A stretch of DNA of 64,000 nucleotides from Balanoglossus misakiensis (taxonomy: Eukaryota > Animalia > Hemichordata). Positions 25,205 through 38,700 of this stretch are shown one piece after another. Within the stretch, counting starts at the first letter, position 1. Every line of letters begins with the position of its first letter. The DNA lies in NCBI GenBank assembly GCA_040954595.2, contig CM082588.2:7403947-7467946 (forward strand). The letters are read 5' to 3'. Under the pieces are notes generated by a model. That model saw nothing but the letters and a program-made list of their open reading frames with translations, made no database searches and was not told the origin of the DNA. The position numbers and the translations under genes are program-made.

Positions 25205-25455
25205 TCGTCACTTTCTGATTAGTAATTTTCTTTACCGCTGATTGCAAGGTAAATCGGGTTTTTTTCCTGTTCAGATAACCTTGCTTTGATCTTGAAAAAT
25301 GCAACTATGCTGTACTGTATTGGTCGAATAAAAACCAAATAATTCAACAAGAAAATTACTCAATATTTTGGACTGCTGAATTTCATTTTTGGTGATCCGT
25401 TGGAGTGAAGAGAGCCCCCAAGAGTTCTTATTTAAAAATACTTTGTTTTCTATGA
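25205..25455. repeat. Dispersed repeat; inverted copy at ~47597-47821
   Basis: cagataaccttgctttga...tactgtattggtcgaataaaaaccaaataattca...tattttggactgctgaatttcattt matches the reverse complement of 47640-47820. Confidence 0.8.
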
Positions 25456-25840
25456 CACCCTCCTCGGTGTAATACTAGTAGTCACCACCACATTTTTGGT
25501 TTCATGCTTTGATTAAAGAAAAACAGAAATTGGCACACTTACTAGAATATGTGGCTGTTACATTGGGGAAAGTCCTACTCAGTCGTTTAGTAGAAATTTG
25601 ATTTGTCAATTCCCAAATTTTTTGTCAACTGTTGTGTACGTCGATGGGCCGGGTCGGTGATGTTAAGTTTCACTTTGCTTGTGATACATACATTTTATGT
25701 TAATGAGTGAGTGTTCTCAGATGGGCACTTTATGTTACAATAACTTTGGCATTTTATTCCACGCCACCGACGCCAGATTTGAACCCGGGACTTTTATGAA
25801 AACCTGCAACAAGGGCAACTTGACATTCAAACCAAGCAAA

Positions 25841-25911
25841 CCGGAAGTCGGGCCAGCATGAGTGGTGGCGCTGTTGATCATCGAAGACGAGGCTAACATT
25901 CAATATGGCGG
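25841..25911 (+). promoter_or_regulatory. Housekeeping-type promoter motifs of EIF2S3 (ETS/GABP and YY1-like)
   Basis: CCGGAAGT at 25841-25848. CAATATGGCGG overlapping the start codon resembles the YY1 site. Confidence 0.5.
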
Positions 25912-28900
25912 GTGAAAGCGTGACCATGGGTCAGCCGCATCTGGCGAAACAAGACCTATCTACGCTGGTAAGTGTGGACCATATCCAGAGTCAAGTACAT
26001 TCGAAGTTGAGGCAACTAGCCACTAATACGATGTGTATCAGAAATTTCGAAACGCCGCGCGATATTAGTAATTTTCACTCCGTCAGCTGCGACTTCGTGA
26101 AACAGCATGATGCAACGTGTGTGTTGTAAATGACCAGTGTCAGTGAATGGCAATGCAATGGGAACCCGGAATCGGTTTGCCCTTGTCGTATAGTTGGCGA
26201 TATTTTAAATCTTAGTTAAGTTGTCTTGTCACGAAACTTAGACAGAAACAGTATATTTATGCATTCTTTCGATGCAGAACCGATCTGTTCTGGGTTGCGC
26301 TGTTCCCTTAGAAACCACTCTCTTCGAGTTCATCACATGTCACAGTATGTCATAGTTCTATGGTTGGAGCTGTATACTAGTATACTGTAGCAAAGCAATC
26401 ACAACCGCATTTATACTGACCATAGTGATGATGAAATGTTTCACAAGATTCTTAGTGAATGGAAAGTCATCCATTCATCAACACAGCTGTTGGTTACAGA
26501 CTTTATGTACCTTGCTGTTTATAATTTTAATTAATGAAAATAAGTCTTGAATGAAAATGCAGACTTGTATAGGATAGCATGAAAATGCATACTGAAATGA
26601 GACTAGTATTTCCGTATTTCCATTAACCAACTTGAGTTTCCTCCACAGGATATTTCCAAACTAGATCCTCTATCACCAGAAGTGATCAGCCGACAAGCAA
26701 CCATAAATATTGGTAAGTGTGTGATACATGAGCTGAAATTCACATCAAAACACATTAATATAAATGATCTATTTCTACATAGAATGCATTTGTTCCAATA
26801 CATAGTAGTAATGGGCATGTGTACCAGATTCATTACTAACAATTAGTAACAATTTCAAATGTCCCACTCTGCAGGTACCATTGGTCACGTGGCACACGGC
26901 AAATCGACAGTAGTGAAAGCAATTTCCGGAGTGCAAACTGTCAGATTCAAGAATGAACTGGAAAGAAATATCACAATAAAACTAGGATATGCCAATGCAA
27001 AGGTACGTACACCACCAGTACACTACTTTGTTGGTTAGTGTAGTGAGATAGTATTCTCATACAAGCAGAATGGTCTATTCACCAAGTGAATGCTATGGCT
27101 ACAAACTGCACTGTAAGCACTTGAGCAGCATTTCTGGCTATCGTAATTTTCTAATAATCCTTTAATTTGGTATTAATTCGCTTGTCACTTCCTGTTCGTA
27201 GGTTTTTAAGTGCAACAATGAGTATTGTCCACGACCTGGTTGTTATCGGTCAGCTGGAAGTAGTAAAGAAGATTCTTTCCCTTGTGACAGACAGGGCTGC
27301 AATGGAAGATTTAGACTCCTTAGGTTAGTCCATATTAGCATTTTCGTTCATTCAAATAAAGATGGTTTTACTGAGGGAGCTAGAGCCAGAGTGCAGCAAA
27401 CCAACCAGGCTTACTGGGTTCACCATGCCATAGGAAGCCAGCTTGTTCACTGAGTCTGCTTGTATGTTGCTAGAATATTCAAAAGCCATTTACATCACCT
27501 CTGAAGAAGTCACACTGAAGCCCTATGGGGGTCATGCTATACAATTTAGGTGAAGCCTGGCTGAGAAGAAATCTGCCAAACATTTGCATAGTTCACTAGG
27601 GGTCAAGGTGCTATTTTCTTTCCTGTATTAAACACATATAATATGACAAATGAGAGTAAATTTGCATTAAAATAAATTAATTCTTTACTGTGTTGGATTT
27701 AGACATCTTTTTGCTTTCTTCCTTTTCAGACATGTATCATTTGTAGACTGCCCTGGTCACGATATTTTGATGGCCACAATGTTGAACGGTGCTGCTGTTA
27801 TGGATGCAGCACTATTACTCATAGGTGAGTTGCTTTGTCAGTCAAGTTCTGCTTAACCCATTCACCCCCTGTTCCCTCTATAGAGGTCCAATCGTACCAT
27901 AGAAAACAATGGGTTTGGATTGAACCATGGTGGTGAAAGGGTTAAAATGAGTGTCATACCAAAACTATCGACATTAATTTCTATGAAATTCCCTCGATGA
28001 GCAAACACACTAGATCTATAACACCTGCATTCTTCTGTAATTTCCATCTTCACAGCTGGGAACGAGTCCTGTCCACAGCCACAGACTTCAGAGCATCTTG
28101 CAGCCATTGAAATCATGAAATTAAAACACATCTTAATCCTTCAAAATAAAATAGACTTAGTTAAAGAGACGCAAGCTAAAGAGCAATTTGAACAGATTCA
28201 AAGGTTTGTCCAGGGTAAGTATACCTTCATTCCTTCATGATTTCAGTGTAATCTCACTTCACGCTCTTGTTCCTTGTTTTCAGGTCCCTGACTAGGAAAG
28301 TATAGGATAAACCACAATTATGAAAGGAAATGTCAATATCTTTGCATGCCATAGTTGATCAGATGTGTTTATACATCACAATCCTTCAGACAGACAAAGT
28401 ATAGGCTTTACTAATTGTACTAACTGTACAGCTGGTCTAATGCCTTGAATAGTGCACAGAAACTGAAAAAAACAAACATATGGTTGGTATCAGTAGCCAA
28501 ACGCTTTAACCCGTTCTTCCCCAATTCCCTGTATAGAGATCAAACTTTAATATAGAAAACAATAGATTTGGACCAAACCATTGTGGTGAAAGGGTTAAAC
28601 TACCTGGTAATCTTGTCCCCTAACATTCAAAAATGGTTCGTATTTACAGGTACAATAGCAGAAGGAGCGCCTGTGGTGCCAATATCCGCACAGCTAAAAT
28701 ACAACATTGAAGTTATCTGCGAATACATCATCAAGAAGATTCCAAAACCAGTGAGAGATTTCACCTCAGCACCAAGACTTATTGGTAGGTTGATTACTGT
28801 ACTGTTATTGTCGTTTTCTCTCTGCCTGCTCTCCTCTCTCTTTCCCCCTCCCTTAATTACTGCATGATGTGTTGTCCCCCCTCTCTCTCCCTCCCTCCCT

Positions 28901-31900
28901 TGATTACTGTAGTTTGTGATACTGTCTCTTTCTCTTCCCCCTCTCTTTCTCTCTCCCTCTCTCATTCACTCTTTGTGTTTACATTTGATTATCTTATGGA
29001 CAAGTTCTTAGAAAATTTTAGACATTCTTGAAGTAACTGGTGTCTTTTGAGGTAATACCCCTTGCTGTTTTATGTTCAGTTATCAGATCATTTGATGTAA
29101 ACAAACCTGGCTGTGAAGTGGATGATCTTAAAGGTGGTGTTGCTGGTGGCAGTATTCTCAGAGGTGTTCTAAAGGTGAGGTCGTCATTCAAAATAATAAA
29201 AATGCTGCTACCAAAATGTTCCTGGAATGTTCAATGTATCAATAGGAGAATGGGGCAGTTATGTTTAGTGTTGAATTATTTTGAATTGAGGTTCTCAGTT
29301 ACACTGAGTTTAATACGTTTGAAAAAATTCAGTGAATTTTAGTGCTCTTATAGTCTTATTAGTGATAAAAGCTATGTATATCCTAACATTAATTGTTTTG
29401 TAATTTGGTAAATAGTTGGAATAGTCTAAATAGTTGGAATGATAACTATATCAGTAGGAGAATGAGAAAGTTATATTTTGTGTTGAAATATTTTGAATTG
29501 AGTTTCTGAAATATATGTTACACTTAGTTTGGTATGGTTAGAAACATACTGTGATGTGTAAAGATTTAATTGGTGTAATAATGGCTATGTAAATCCTGAT
29601 GTTGAGTGTGTTTTGTAACTTTGCAGGTTGGACAAGAAGTTGAAGTCAGGCCAGGAATTGTCTCCAAGGATCAGGATGGGAAGTTGATGTGTCGACCTAT
29701 CTTCTCCAAGATTGTGTCTCTGTATGCCGAACAGAATGATTTACAGTATGCTGTGCCAGGTGGACTGATTGGTGAGTGGAGAATGGAAACTGAGTATTTA
29801 GTGGTTTGAGTGCACTGGGAATTGTTGCTGCCTTAAATAGGTGTTCACTTTGCGCTAGGGGGTCAAATCCCATTGCATTCTGGTCAAAAAGTCGACAACC
29901 CACTGTAGAAAGAACTCCTTTTCCTTTAAAAATGGCAAAAATCAGCCATCTTGAAATTGTGTCGACCATGTGAGATTTTTATCACCCACTTAGGTAGCCA
30001 AAAACCTATTTAAGGTCGGGAGAATTATGGTTAGTGTGTTTGGATTAAAGCCCCAATAACTCCATTTTGGGCAATTTTCTGAACTGCTCAGTATTTTTTT
30101 AACAACCATTTTGTGGGAGCCACCATTGTTGTTATTGAAATATGAATATCAAATTCTGGACATGAATTCATTTGTCAACAACAACAATGGTCGTTACTCA
30201 TGTATAGGCTTTGTTGCGAAGCATAAGACTGAACATTTCTCTAAGCTGTCCAGAGTAGAAGAAGAAAGTTGAAAAATACTGGAAAAATAATTGCTGAAAG
30301 TTAGCATTACTGCCTGGGGCTTTAAGTAGCACTGGTTATTTGTGTTTGGAAGTAACAATGTTTGGGCTGGAACTTAACAGTAAGTAGGTTGACAATTGGT
30401 TATGCTGTAGTGTAGGGGGGGGGGGAGTTGTGGTCTGTTTATTGGTGGGTTTTGTGTTGTTATTTTGTGGCTTGAAATTGACTGACTACACCTTTCCCCC
30501 ACGACAGGTGTCGGTACGAAGATTGACCCCACTCTGTGCCGTGCTGACAGAATGGTTGGTCAAGTGCTGGGATCTGTTGGGGCTCTGCCTGACATCTACA
30601 CAGAGTTGGAAATTTCCTACTTTCTGCTCCGTCGATTGCTCGGTGTTCGTACAGAAGGAGACAAGAAGGGAGCCAAGGTAGGTTGTGTTGCGTCACTGTC
30701 GTGATTTTTGTTCATATTATCCCCTCCCCCCCCAAGGGAATGGTCTTGAACTTCTTCATGCAAAATCATAAATACTGTATGACATATGAATATTCAAATT
30801 AAAACTTTCAGGTGATCTACTGTAAACAGTGTACGAAATAAAGCCTGTCCGACAGTCCGAGACTGGTTGTTTTTCTGTCGGACTGGTAAAAATAAAATGT
30901 TACCAGTCCGACAGACAGGTTGAATTTAGCATGGGAGTTAACCAGTGGTATCATGGCATCTCTTTGACTTTCCCCAGTTCATGTATTGCAAATAAAAGAA
31001 ACAATGATGTAAAAGCTTGAAAATTATCCAATCAAAGTAATGTAAAGAGAAAGATGATTCCATGTTCACAGATGAGGTAATAGCTTCTCAGTTGTATTTG
31101 ATTACATTTGATTGTAAGGCATAATATCAGGACTGGTAAGTTTTTGGGAGGACTGGCATCTATTTGAAGTTGCCAGTCCTGGTGACTGGTTGATATTTTC
31201 TACGAATTTCAAACACTGCTGTAAAACGTGTTATTTTCGCGACAAGAAAGTTTTGCTATATCAAAGAAAAGTATAGTAACTGTTATGCAAGAATTAAGTT
31301 TCGCGTTCCTGTATTTCACTAACTGCATTGTTATCTCTGAAAAACATTTTACACGACTTTTTATTTTCACGTTTTATTGGCTTTCGTGTATTTCATGAAA
31401 ATTTATTGCTTGCGAGAATAACCCGTTTTATAGTATTTTTAGTTACAACAATGAAAATCAATACTTGTGTGTCACAAAATGCTGATGGTTTTCGTACGTT
31501 TGCATTTGTGTTGCCTAGGTTCAAAAACTGGCCAAGAATGAAGTGTTGATGGTCAACATTGGTTCCCTGTCAACTGGAGGCAGGGTGTCTGCTGTGAAGG
31601 CTGATTTGGCCAAGATTATGCTGACCAACCCAGTGTGTACGGAGATCGGTGAAAAGATTGCTCTCAGCAGAAGAGTGGAAAAACATTGGAGGTGAGTTTA
31701 CAAATCTTTTGAAAGTCTGATTTACGTGGTTCACACAGCACCCCAAAAGTCTGTGCGTTTGTGGAATATTTAAGCAATAAAACACCCCCAGCCATGGTAT
31801 ACCACGAGATTTTGACCTGTTCAAGACATTTGCTATCGCTCGTGCGTATATGGAGTTGAACTGCTCAAAATCGAGTGGTATACCATGGCTGGGGGTGTTT

Positions 31901-32723
31901 TATTGCTATTATATTATACCGGTATATTGAAACTTTGCATAAAACATTTTAAAAAGGCATTTTCTTTGACTATGAGTTTTGCGTGATATATGACTGTGGT
32001 ATGTGACGAATATATCACAGTCACGTGTCGTGTCTCGACCAATAAAATAGCATGATTTACACCATCAATATACTGGTATAATATAATAAAATATATTTCA
32101 AGAAATGTTTGATCTAGCCATGTAGCTGAAATATGCTCTAAGCAGTCATTGGGTGACAACTATTGTGATGTTACTGGTGTCATTCATTAGGCCAAAAGCA
32201 GACTCTTTTGTAAAATTTACTGCAAAGTTCAGTGGTGTATATGATAGCTGGTCATTGGTCAAAACGTCTATCTGAACTCAGCATGTGACTGGCTATAATG
32301 TTGTAACCCCCATAGAAATGCATATTACCGTTAAAGTCATTTTATAAGACGCGCCTTTTTTGAGTGACAGTGTGTGCCGAAAAGGGGGTGCGACTTATAA
32401 TACCAATGTTCTGTTGTATTCATTTCCTTAAAATCTCCTCCCAAACAAGTCTTTCAAAGAAGGGGTGCGATTTATAATACCGCTGCGACTTATAAAATGA
32501 CTTTAACGGTACTGAAAGAAATTTTATTTGTTATGACTGGCTGTTAGTTCCTCTTGACCACATGTTACTAAAGCATATCTACATCACAGAAGTTAGCCAT
32601 ATTGTCTTTTAACTCAGTCTGTCTTTTTCTGTTACTTTCTACAGATTGATTGGTTGGGGTCAGATCCGACGAGGTGTCACAGTGAAACCAACAAATCCGG
32701 AAGATGATGAAGACAGGAATTAA
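25905..32723 (+). CDS. EIF2S3: Eukaryotic translation initiation factor 2 subunit gamma
   Basis: 12 GT-AG exons: 25905-25967, 26649-26712, 26875-27002, 27202-27323, 27730-27824, 28056-28214, 28650-28784, 29080-29174, 29627-29771, 30508-30677, 31519-31691, 32645-32723. Motifs [73 protein letters not shown]. Confidence 0.98.
27853..27945. mobile_element. ~90-bp piggyBac-like MITE (TTAA-CCC...GGG-TTAA)
   Basis: ttaacccattcacccc...ggtggtgaaagggttaa. Further copies at 28506-28599, 32720-32812 (inverted) and a degenerate one at ~37745-37831. Confidence 0.75.
30049..30321. mobile_element. Kolobok-type MITE with TTAA TSD
   Basis: ttaa-agccccaata ... tactgcctggggct-ttaa. A similar right end tattggggctttaa occurs at ~33321-33334. 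Confidence 0.65.
30827..31218. mobile_element. CAGTG-ended element with 7-bp TSD nested in another MITE's TIR
   Basis: cagtgtacgaaat ... atttcaaacactg flanked by ctgtaaa on both sides. Internal ggactggt/ccagtcc subterminal motifs. Confidence 0.7.
31773..31907. mobile_element. Hairpin MITE
   Basis: agcaataaaacacccccagccatggtataccac...ttttga / tcaaaa...gtggtataccatggctgggggtgttttattgct. Confidence 0.8.
32328..32509. mobile_element. Tc1/mariner-type MITE with TA TSD
   Basis: ta-ccgttaaagtcattttataagacgc ... gcgacttataaaatgactttaacgg-ta. Confidence 0.8.
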
Positions 32724-35700
32724 CCCCTTCACCACAATGGTTCAGTCCAAATCCATTGTTTTCTATGGCAGAATTGTAGACCTCTGGAGGGAACTAGGGG
32801 TTGAAGGGTTAATTAAACCGACCAAAAATAGTGGCCATAGTGAATATTTTCATTTCAGTTATCCCCCAACAACTGTGTCAAAACTTTACACCCCCTTACA
32901 TGTAAGTGCTCCACCCTCAGATCTCTGATGGTATAGCCCGAGTCTTGGAGAACAATGAAGTTATTCCACCATTGGGGAATTGATAGGGTGACAGCACAAG
33001 CAAACATTTCATCGATGGATTTTTGTAATAAAAACAAAAAATCGAATGTTGGAGTCATGGCCAGTTCTAGGAGTCCATTTTGAATTGTAAGAACGACTTC
33101 CCTAAAAACTTGAACAACATTTTTTGTTTACAATAGTATCATATTACATACTGAAGACATATAAATACTTACTGTATTTAACCCATTGCTGCATTTCTTT
33201 AAAAGTGCACAATTACCAGGTATAAACTGCAGTCTTTTTGTCATTGTTACGAACATTTCTTGTCAAAATGGGCCATTCTAAATTTGAAAATATAATCATG
33301 AAAATAATCCAAAATACCAGTATTGGGGCTTTAATGCAAAGCAATTCATGCCAATAAGAAATGCCAATGTCAACTAATCTAGGCCTTTAAAAAAAAGTCC
33401 CACCTGGTGGACATAGTATTCCTACGAATCTGTATCATAACTGAAATATGGCTAATGCTGGCACTACTTGAGTTTTGTCATGTTTTCTTCCAAGGAATCT
33501 GTGTTCTCAAAGAGCAGTTCACAAGTTTGAGAAAACACAAATTTGTTATAACAAAGGATTATATTGTTACGTTAATTATCAATGCTGTATGAAAAAGTCT
33601 CGGGGAGAACCCTGGGAATTCTTTTCAATGTGCAGTGAACATTTCCCAGCATTCTTTTCACCTTGCATGACTAGCCAATCACAAACTGAGGCAAAATAGG
33701 GGCTTGCTGAGATTCCAATGTTTAGAGAGAATCGACCCACTGTGTTATCTTTTGTTAGACAGTTTTGTTATGTAGAATAAGTATTTTTCTCCGCATTCTT
33801 TCAATTTCTGTTTCACTTCCAAAATGATGACTCGGAAAAAAATTCAGGATAGTGACACTGTCACTTTGCAATTTTAGATTATTCACAAATTGTGCAGTTC
33901 AATCCATTAATCGATGAATAAACAGTCATTTATCAGACACTACATCTGTGCATTTGTGGTATCATTGAGTATTCCTTTCTATTGCTGAACATTGGATTTT
34001 TATTCAACAGGTCAATTACACAGTGGCCATGAAAAAAGGTTTGCAGAAGCAGTAATTGACAAGTTTATTTTGATAAATTGTGTTTCATGGAAGTGAATGG
34101 GGATATGTGTGGAGATTTGTTCAGTTCTGGTCAGTTACTCTAGCTAGCTGTGGAAATACAGCTGTACTGATTGGGGTGGAGATGCTGATTACCCCCCGCC
34201 ATTTCCAGTTTTAGTAGTGATACTGCTAGTATAGCAAGAATTAACAACAATGATAATGAAGATGACCCAAATAACATTGAACACAGTGTGTCGTTCAAGG
34301 AGCTAGGGGTAAGTCATATTACAGGAGAAGACGGTAATTATGAAGGTTGGCTAAAACTAGAAGCATGCTTACCATATCCGACAAAGAAATTTGACAAGAA
34401 TGCAATTTCAGTCAACTGAGATGTGAGCAATGGATATAGCAGCATATATTGGCTTTAACAACAAGTGAATAAACAAAATATGTTCACAAAGATCATCTTC
34501 TATTTGCTGTTGTACTATTGGTCTCCTCTTCACATCTCAGTTTCTTTAGTTTTCTTGGAGTTGGAGTACTTGTTGCTGCACTATGCAATCTTGTTGACAT
34601 TTTGGGTTTTCTGTTGAAAAGATGAATTTACTATTAGAACTGAACAAGGGTCTGTGACAAAACATTATGACTACTAAATTGATGACATTCGGGAAAAAAT
34701 GAGGTACAATCACAATTACCCAACATGATGATTAACATTTGATTTAACATTGCATTAATTGACTAGATTAGATTTTTTCCTGCGCTCTTTTCGCAGTGAA
34801 TTTTCTTTCGAAAGTTCTTCTGATCTGAGTTTTATTGCACAAAAATGCAACTAGAAATAATGCTTTAAAACATCAAATACCAACAGTTTGCACAAATAGC
34901 TGTTACACACAGTGGGTGGCGAGTGGTACAATCTGTCCAGCTCAAAGCTGGGCGCGGCCTATAAGTAACTGGATAACCACGAAGAAAGATTATAGTCTCA
35001 TAGAGGGCGTCTGCATTGGTAAATATTTAACAGACTGGAAGCCAGATATGATATGGTACAAGATGGAGGCAGAATTCTGAAAAGTTCTTTCTATGCTAAA
35101 AGTAAGTGTTTTCTTGTTGCAGTCTCCTATAATCCTTAACAGATATGGAAATTAAGTGCATAAAGAATCATTTGAATTGTATTTTTGAACAGCTTTCCTA
35201 TAAAATAATAGTTTAAAAGGTAAATCTACTTGTGTTAGGGGGTCACCTGGGGTGACTTTTAGTCGTTGTTTTTAGTAGCTATTTCCTTGTACCATTTTTG
35301 GGATCAGAAATGCATATACTGTGATAGAACAAAAATAGTATATATCATTGCTAATATTTTAGATTGTCCAGCTAAATTCACAGACTAAACTGGTATCATA
35401 ATAAGATCTGAAAGTAGTTGAAATTTGTGTGTAAACTCATACCACTTGCTGTCGGGCTACTGCTGCGATCAGTACACCCAACTTATAACTCTGCCATTCC
35501 TTGGTTGTATATATAATGTTCTATGGAGTCCATACACCATTGGTCCTGAATTCCCGCCAGTAAATTGTAGCCTGAGGCCAATCAGATTGCACGTTACGTC
35601 GATCTGAACTGAAGGATACCTGTCATTCTCTATAAGGCATGCCTTCTGATTGGTTTACATGTGCAGCATACTCAATGTACTGAATAAATTCAGCAGGTGT

Positions 35701-35753
35701 ATATAAGCAGCTGATGTTACTTGAGACTTTTATTCTCATGAATGCAGGTTAAA

Positions 35754-38700
35754 ATGGCATCTTTGCAAGCTGAAGACTGTCGAAAAACACCTTCAAAATC
35801 AACACTTGATCCATTCAAGGTGTATCTTAATGACCTGGCAAAGGAGATAACCCAAGGTGTGTAGACCTTTGTGTATAATTGCTTTCAGAATTCAGGGTGA
35901 ACAGAAATAGGCTTGTGTGTTTTAGCTCTTCCCAGTAGGAGAAAGCTGTGATTCCTACATGAAAAAACTACTTTGTAGAGTAAGAATCCAATTTCTATGA
36001 TCCATTACTCACAGATGCCTATCATTTCACCCAAATTTAGTGCTGCACAAGAGTGTAGATTTGAATCCACATACCAAAACAATACTGTACTAGTTATGTA
36101 CACATCAGGGCTTTCAAATAGCTATTTTATTATGAATTTTTCATGTCCAGAGCAGTTTACTCAGAGACATAAAATTGTTGAAGTGAATGTCAGTTTGAAT
36201 TTATAAATGTATGTTTTATGATAATGATTCATTATGGCTGCCAGTATAGTAGAACTAATTTGATCACCGATGCTCAAACCATCTAATTTGACCAGTTAGT
36301 CTTAACTCAGAAGAACTTTCGAATAAAGCCAAAGGTCACCAGGAGGCCAGAGTCCAAAAGGTTAATGGTTTTTATTGCAAAATAAAGTTTAAAATTTTCT
36401 TTTTTCTTTACTAAAGATGGACTGTGTAGCTTGCTAGAGGCAGTTGATGCTGTTGTAGATCCACCAATCAACAAAAGAGAAGCACAAGAAATTCAACGTC
36501 CATATGGTTTGTTTGAAAAGTTACGTGAACACGGACATTTATCAAGGGACAAACCAGAGACACTTGTTGAGCTGTTAAAGAATGCCAGACTTTACATGTT
36601 AGCGAAGCATGTAGAAGTTCGATATGAGAAAAAGTTTGACAGTGATTACCCATATGAGGAAGTCACAAGAGAAGTCGAGTCTAGGATGAAATCTGATAGC
36701 CAGAAACAGATAAGTGACAGAAGAGAGAGTTTGCCAACATTTCCAACTGAGAGGACCTCGGCAGGACCTGGACAGTTACCATCTACCTCACAGCATCCAA
36801 GTCCAGTCACCGGAGAAGTGCAGTCATCCACAGTAGAATCTCATTGTAAGGACTTTGAAGTATTTTGTGATAATACATTCATATTATGCACATATCATAA
36901 GCAGCCTCAATTGTTCAACCAGAATTTAAAAATTACAATTTTGAAAGATGAAATGATGGAAAATAATTAGTCTATCTTCAGCTGGTTGTACTGATTGAAA
37001 CACATTTTGAGGTTTTCTGACCCTTTGAAAAAGTGCCACGCAGAATTAAAATGGTCATGAGTAGAATTATTCTTGCCTATAATACCAGCCTACATCAGGT
37101 TTTGAATGCTCTCATTTTGTAACCTAAATGGCCAAATTTATGGAGTTTAATTGTAAATTTTGGAACAAAATTGGAAGTGGTGTACCGTATTTGGAGCAGC
37201 AAATACTTAGAGTGATTATCAGAGTAATTGAAATATATTTTATAAGGAATTCCACATGCAAGAATTAATTCACCCATTTTTCACATACTTCTGGTATTTC
37301 AGATGTCGGTGATGTTACTGCTAGCAGTTCAGTTAGTCCAGCTGCAACACAGAGAGAGATGAGGAGAATGATGACAGATCCAGACGGTAAAACCACAAGT
37401 ATGCAACATCACATAGACAGACGTCAAATATTTCAAAGACCTCAAAGACTGCAGTTACCATCACCTAGGCAACAAAACAATTTAGCAGTTAAAGACACAA
37501 ACGAGAAAGGTAGGATTTTAAACAAAACTATGCCAGAGCAGTTCCAGATACACATTACTAATCAATGATAGCCATTCAATGATTCCCACGAGGGTATAAG
37601 TACAGTATTGACAGACAGCTTTGATCTTTTATGTAATCATCCCAAACTTCATGTTAAAAATAAATTCTCATGGAGGGAAATGGAAGACGTGTCCTGCATT
37701 TTATGTGTGTCAATGTGCACTGCAGCAAGTGCAAATGTATCAGCTAAGCCTTTCACCCATTTCCTTCTTCAGTATTTCAACTAATAAAAAAACTGTGGAT
37801 TTTGAGCAAACCAAGGCGATGAAAGGGTTAAATGTTTTATGTCAACAGTATGTTTTTACAAGTAATAATGAAGCATGATCACAATTAAACAATTGAGTCT
37901 GGGACTGTGGATGGGAATTGTTGAAATGAAATTTCCACCACCAAAACTATGTCAAACAATTAGTTGAACAAAATGGTCAAAAATCATGATTACTGTAACA
38001 AAACCTGCTTCTGTCATATCACTGTGTCAAATAGTTTTGAATTACAAGTTATAAACACATACTAATTGTGTGTTCTTTTTTCAGATAATTACCTCAAACC
38101 AACCATCATATTCCTGGCTGAAAAGTGGAGTCGTGTGAAGGATACTGTATCTGCCCTCAACTGTCAACTTGCCAACAGTGTAGCCGAAGACAGGCAACAT
38201 AAAACATGCTGTGTTGTTTTGGAGGCAAGTGATGCAGAAAGGAAAGATGCAGCTGATTGTGGAGTTGAGTTGATACTTCCATGTATAAGAGAGGACGTGA
38301 TTGAGAGATACAAGAATGACCAACCAAAGTCTGATTGGTTTCTTTCTCCAGAGGAGTTCTTCACAAATCTCACAGAGTTGCAAAATGTGAAGTACATTGT
38401 GGAACATGTTCAGTCTTCAACTAAATTGCTTGTGGCAAGTGTCTTCAGAGATCGATATCATCATTTCAAAGATGCCGACATTGTACTGATAAATCATGCC
38501 GTTGCATTAGATAACATGTACAAAGACCACTTGAAATTTGCTGAATCAGCATTTGCAGTTTTCTCTGTGGGACCGGACACCTTTGAACAGTACAAGGAAC
38601 TCTACCAAACAACTGAAGTTCAAATTAGACACGAATTGTATCTTCCAAAACCTGAAAAAGAGTTTTTTGATCTTAAGGTACTGGATCAAACAGAAAAGGC

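Noticed and set aside
25760-25795. tRNA-like B-box on the minus strand (gggttcaaatct)
   Set aside because: Only a T-arm-like fragment, with no A-box or cloverleaf. At most a SINE remnant.
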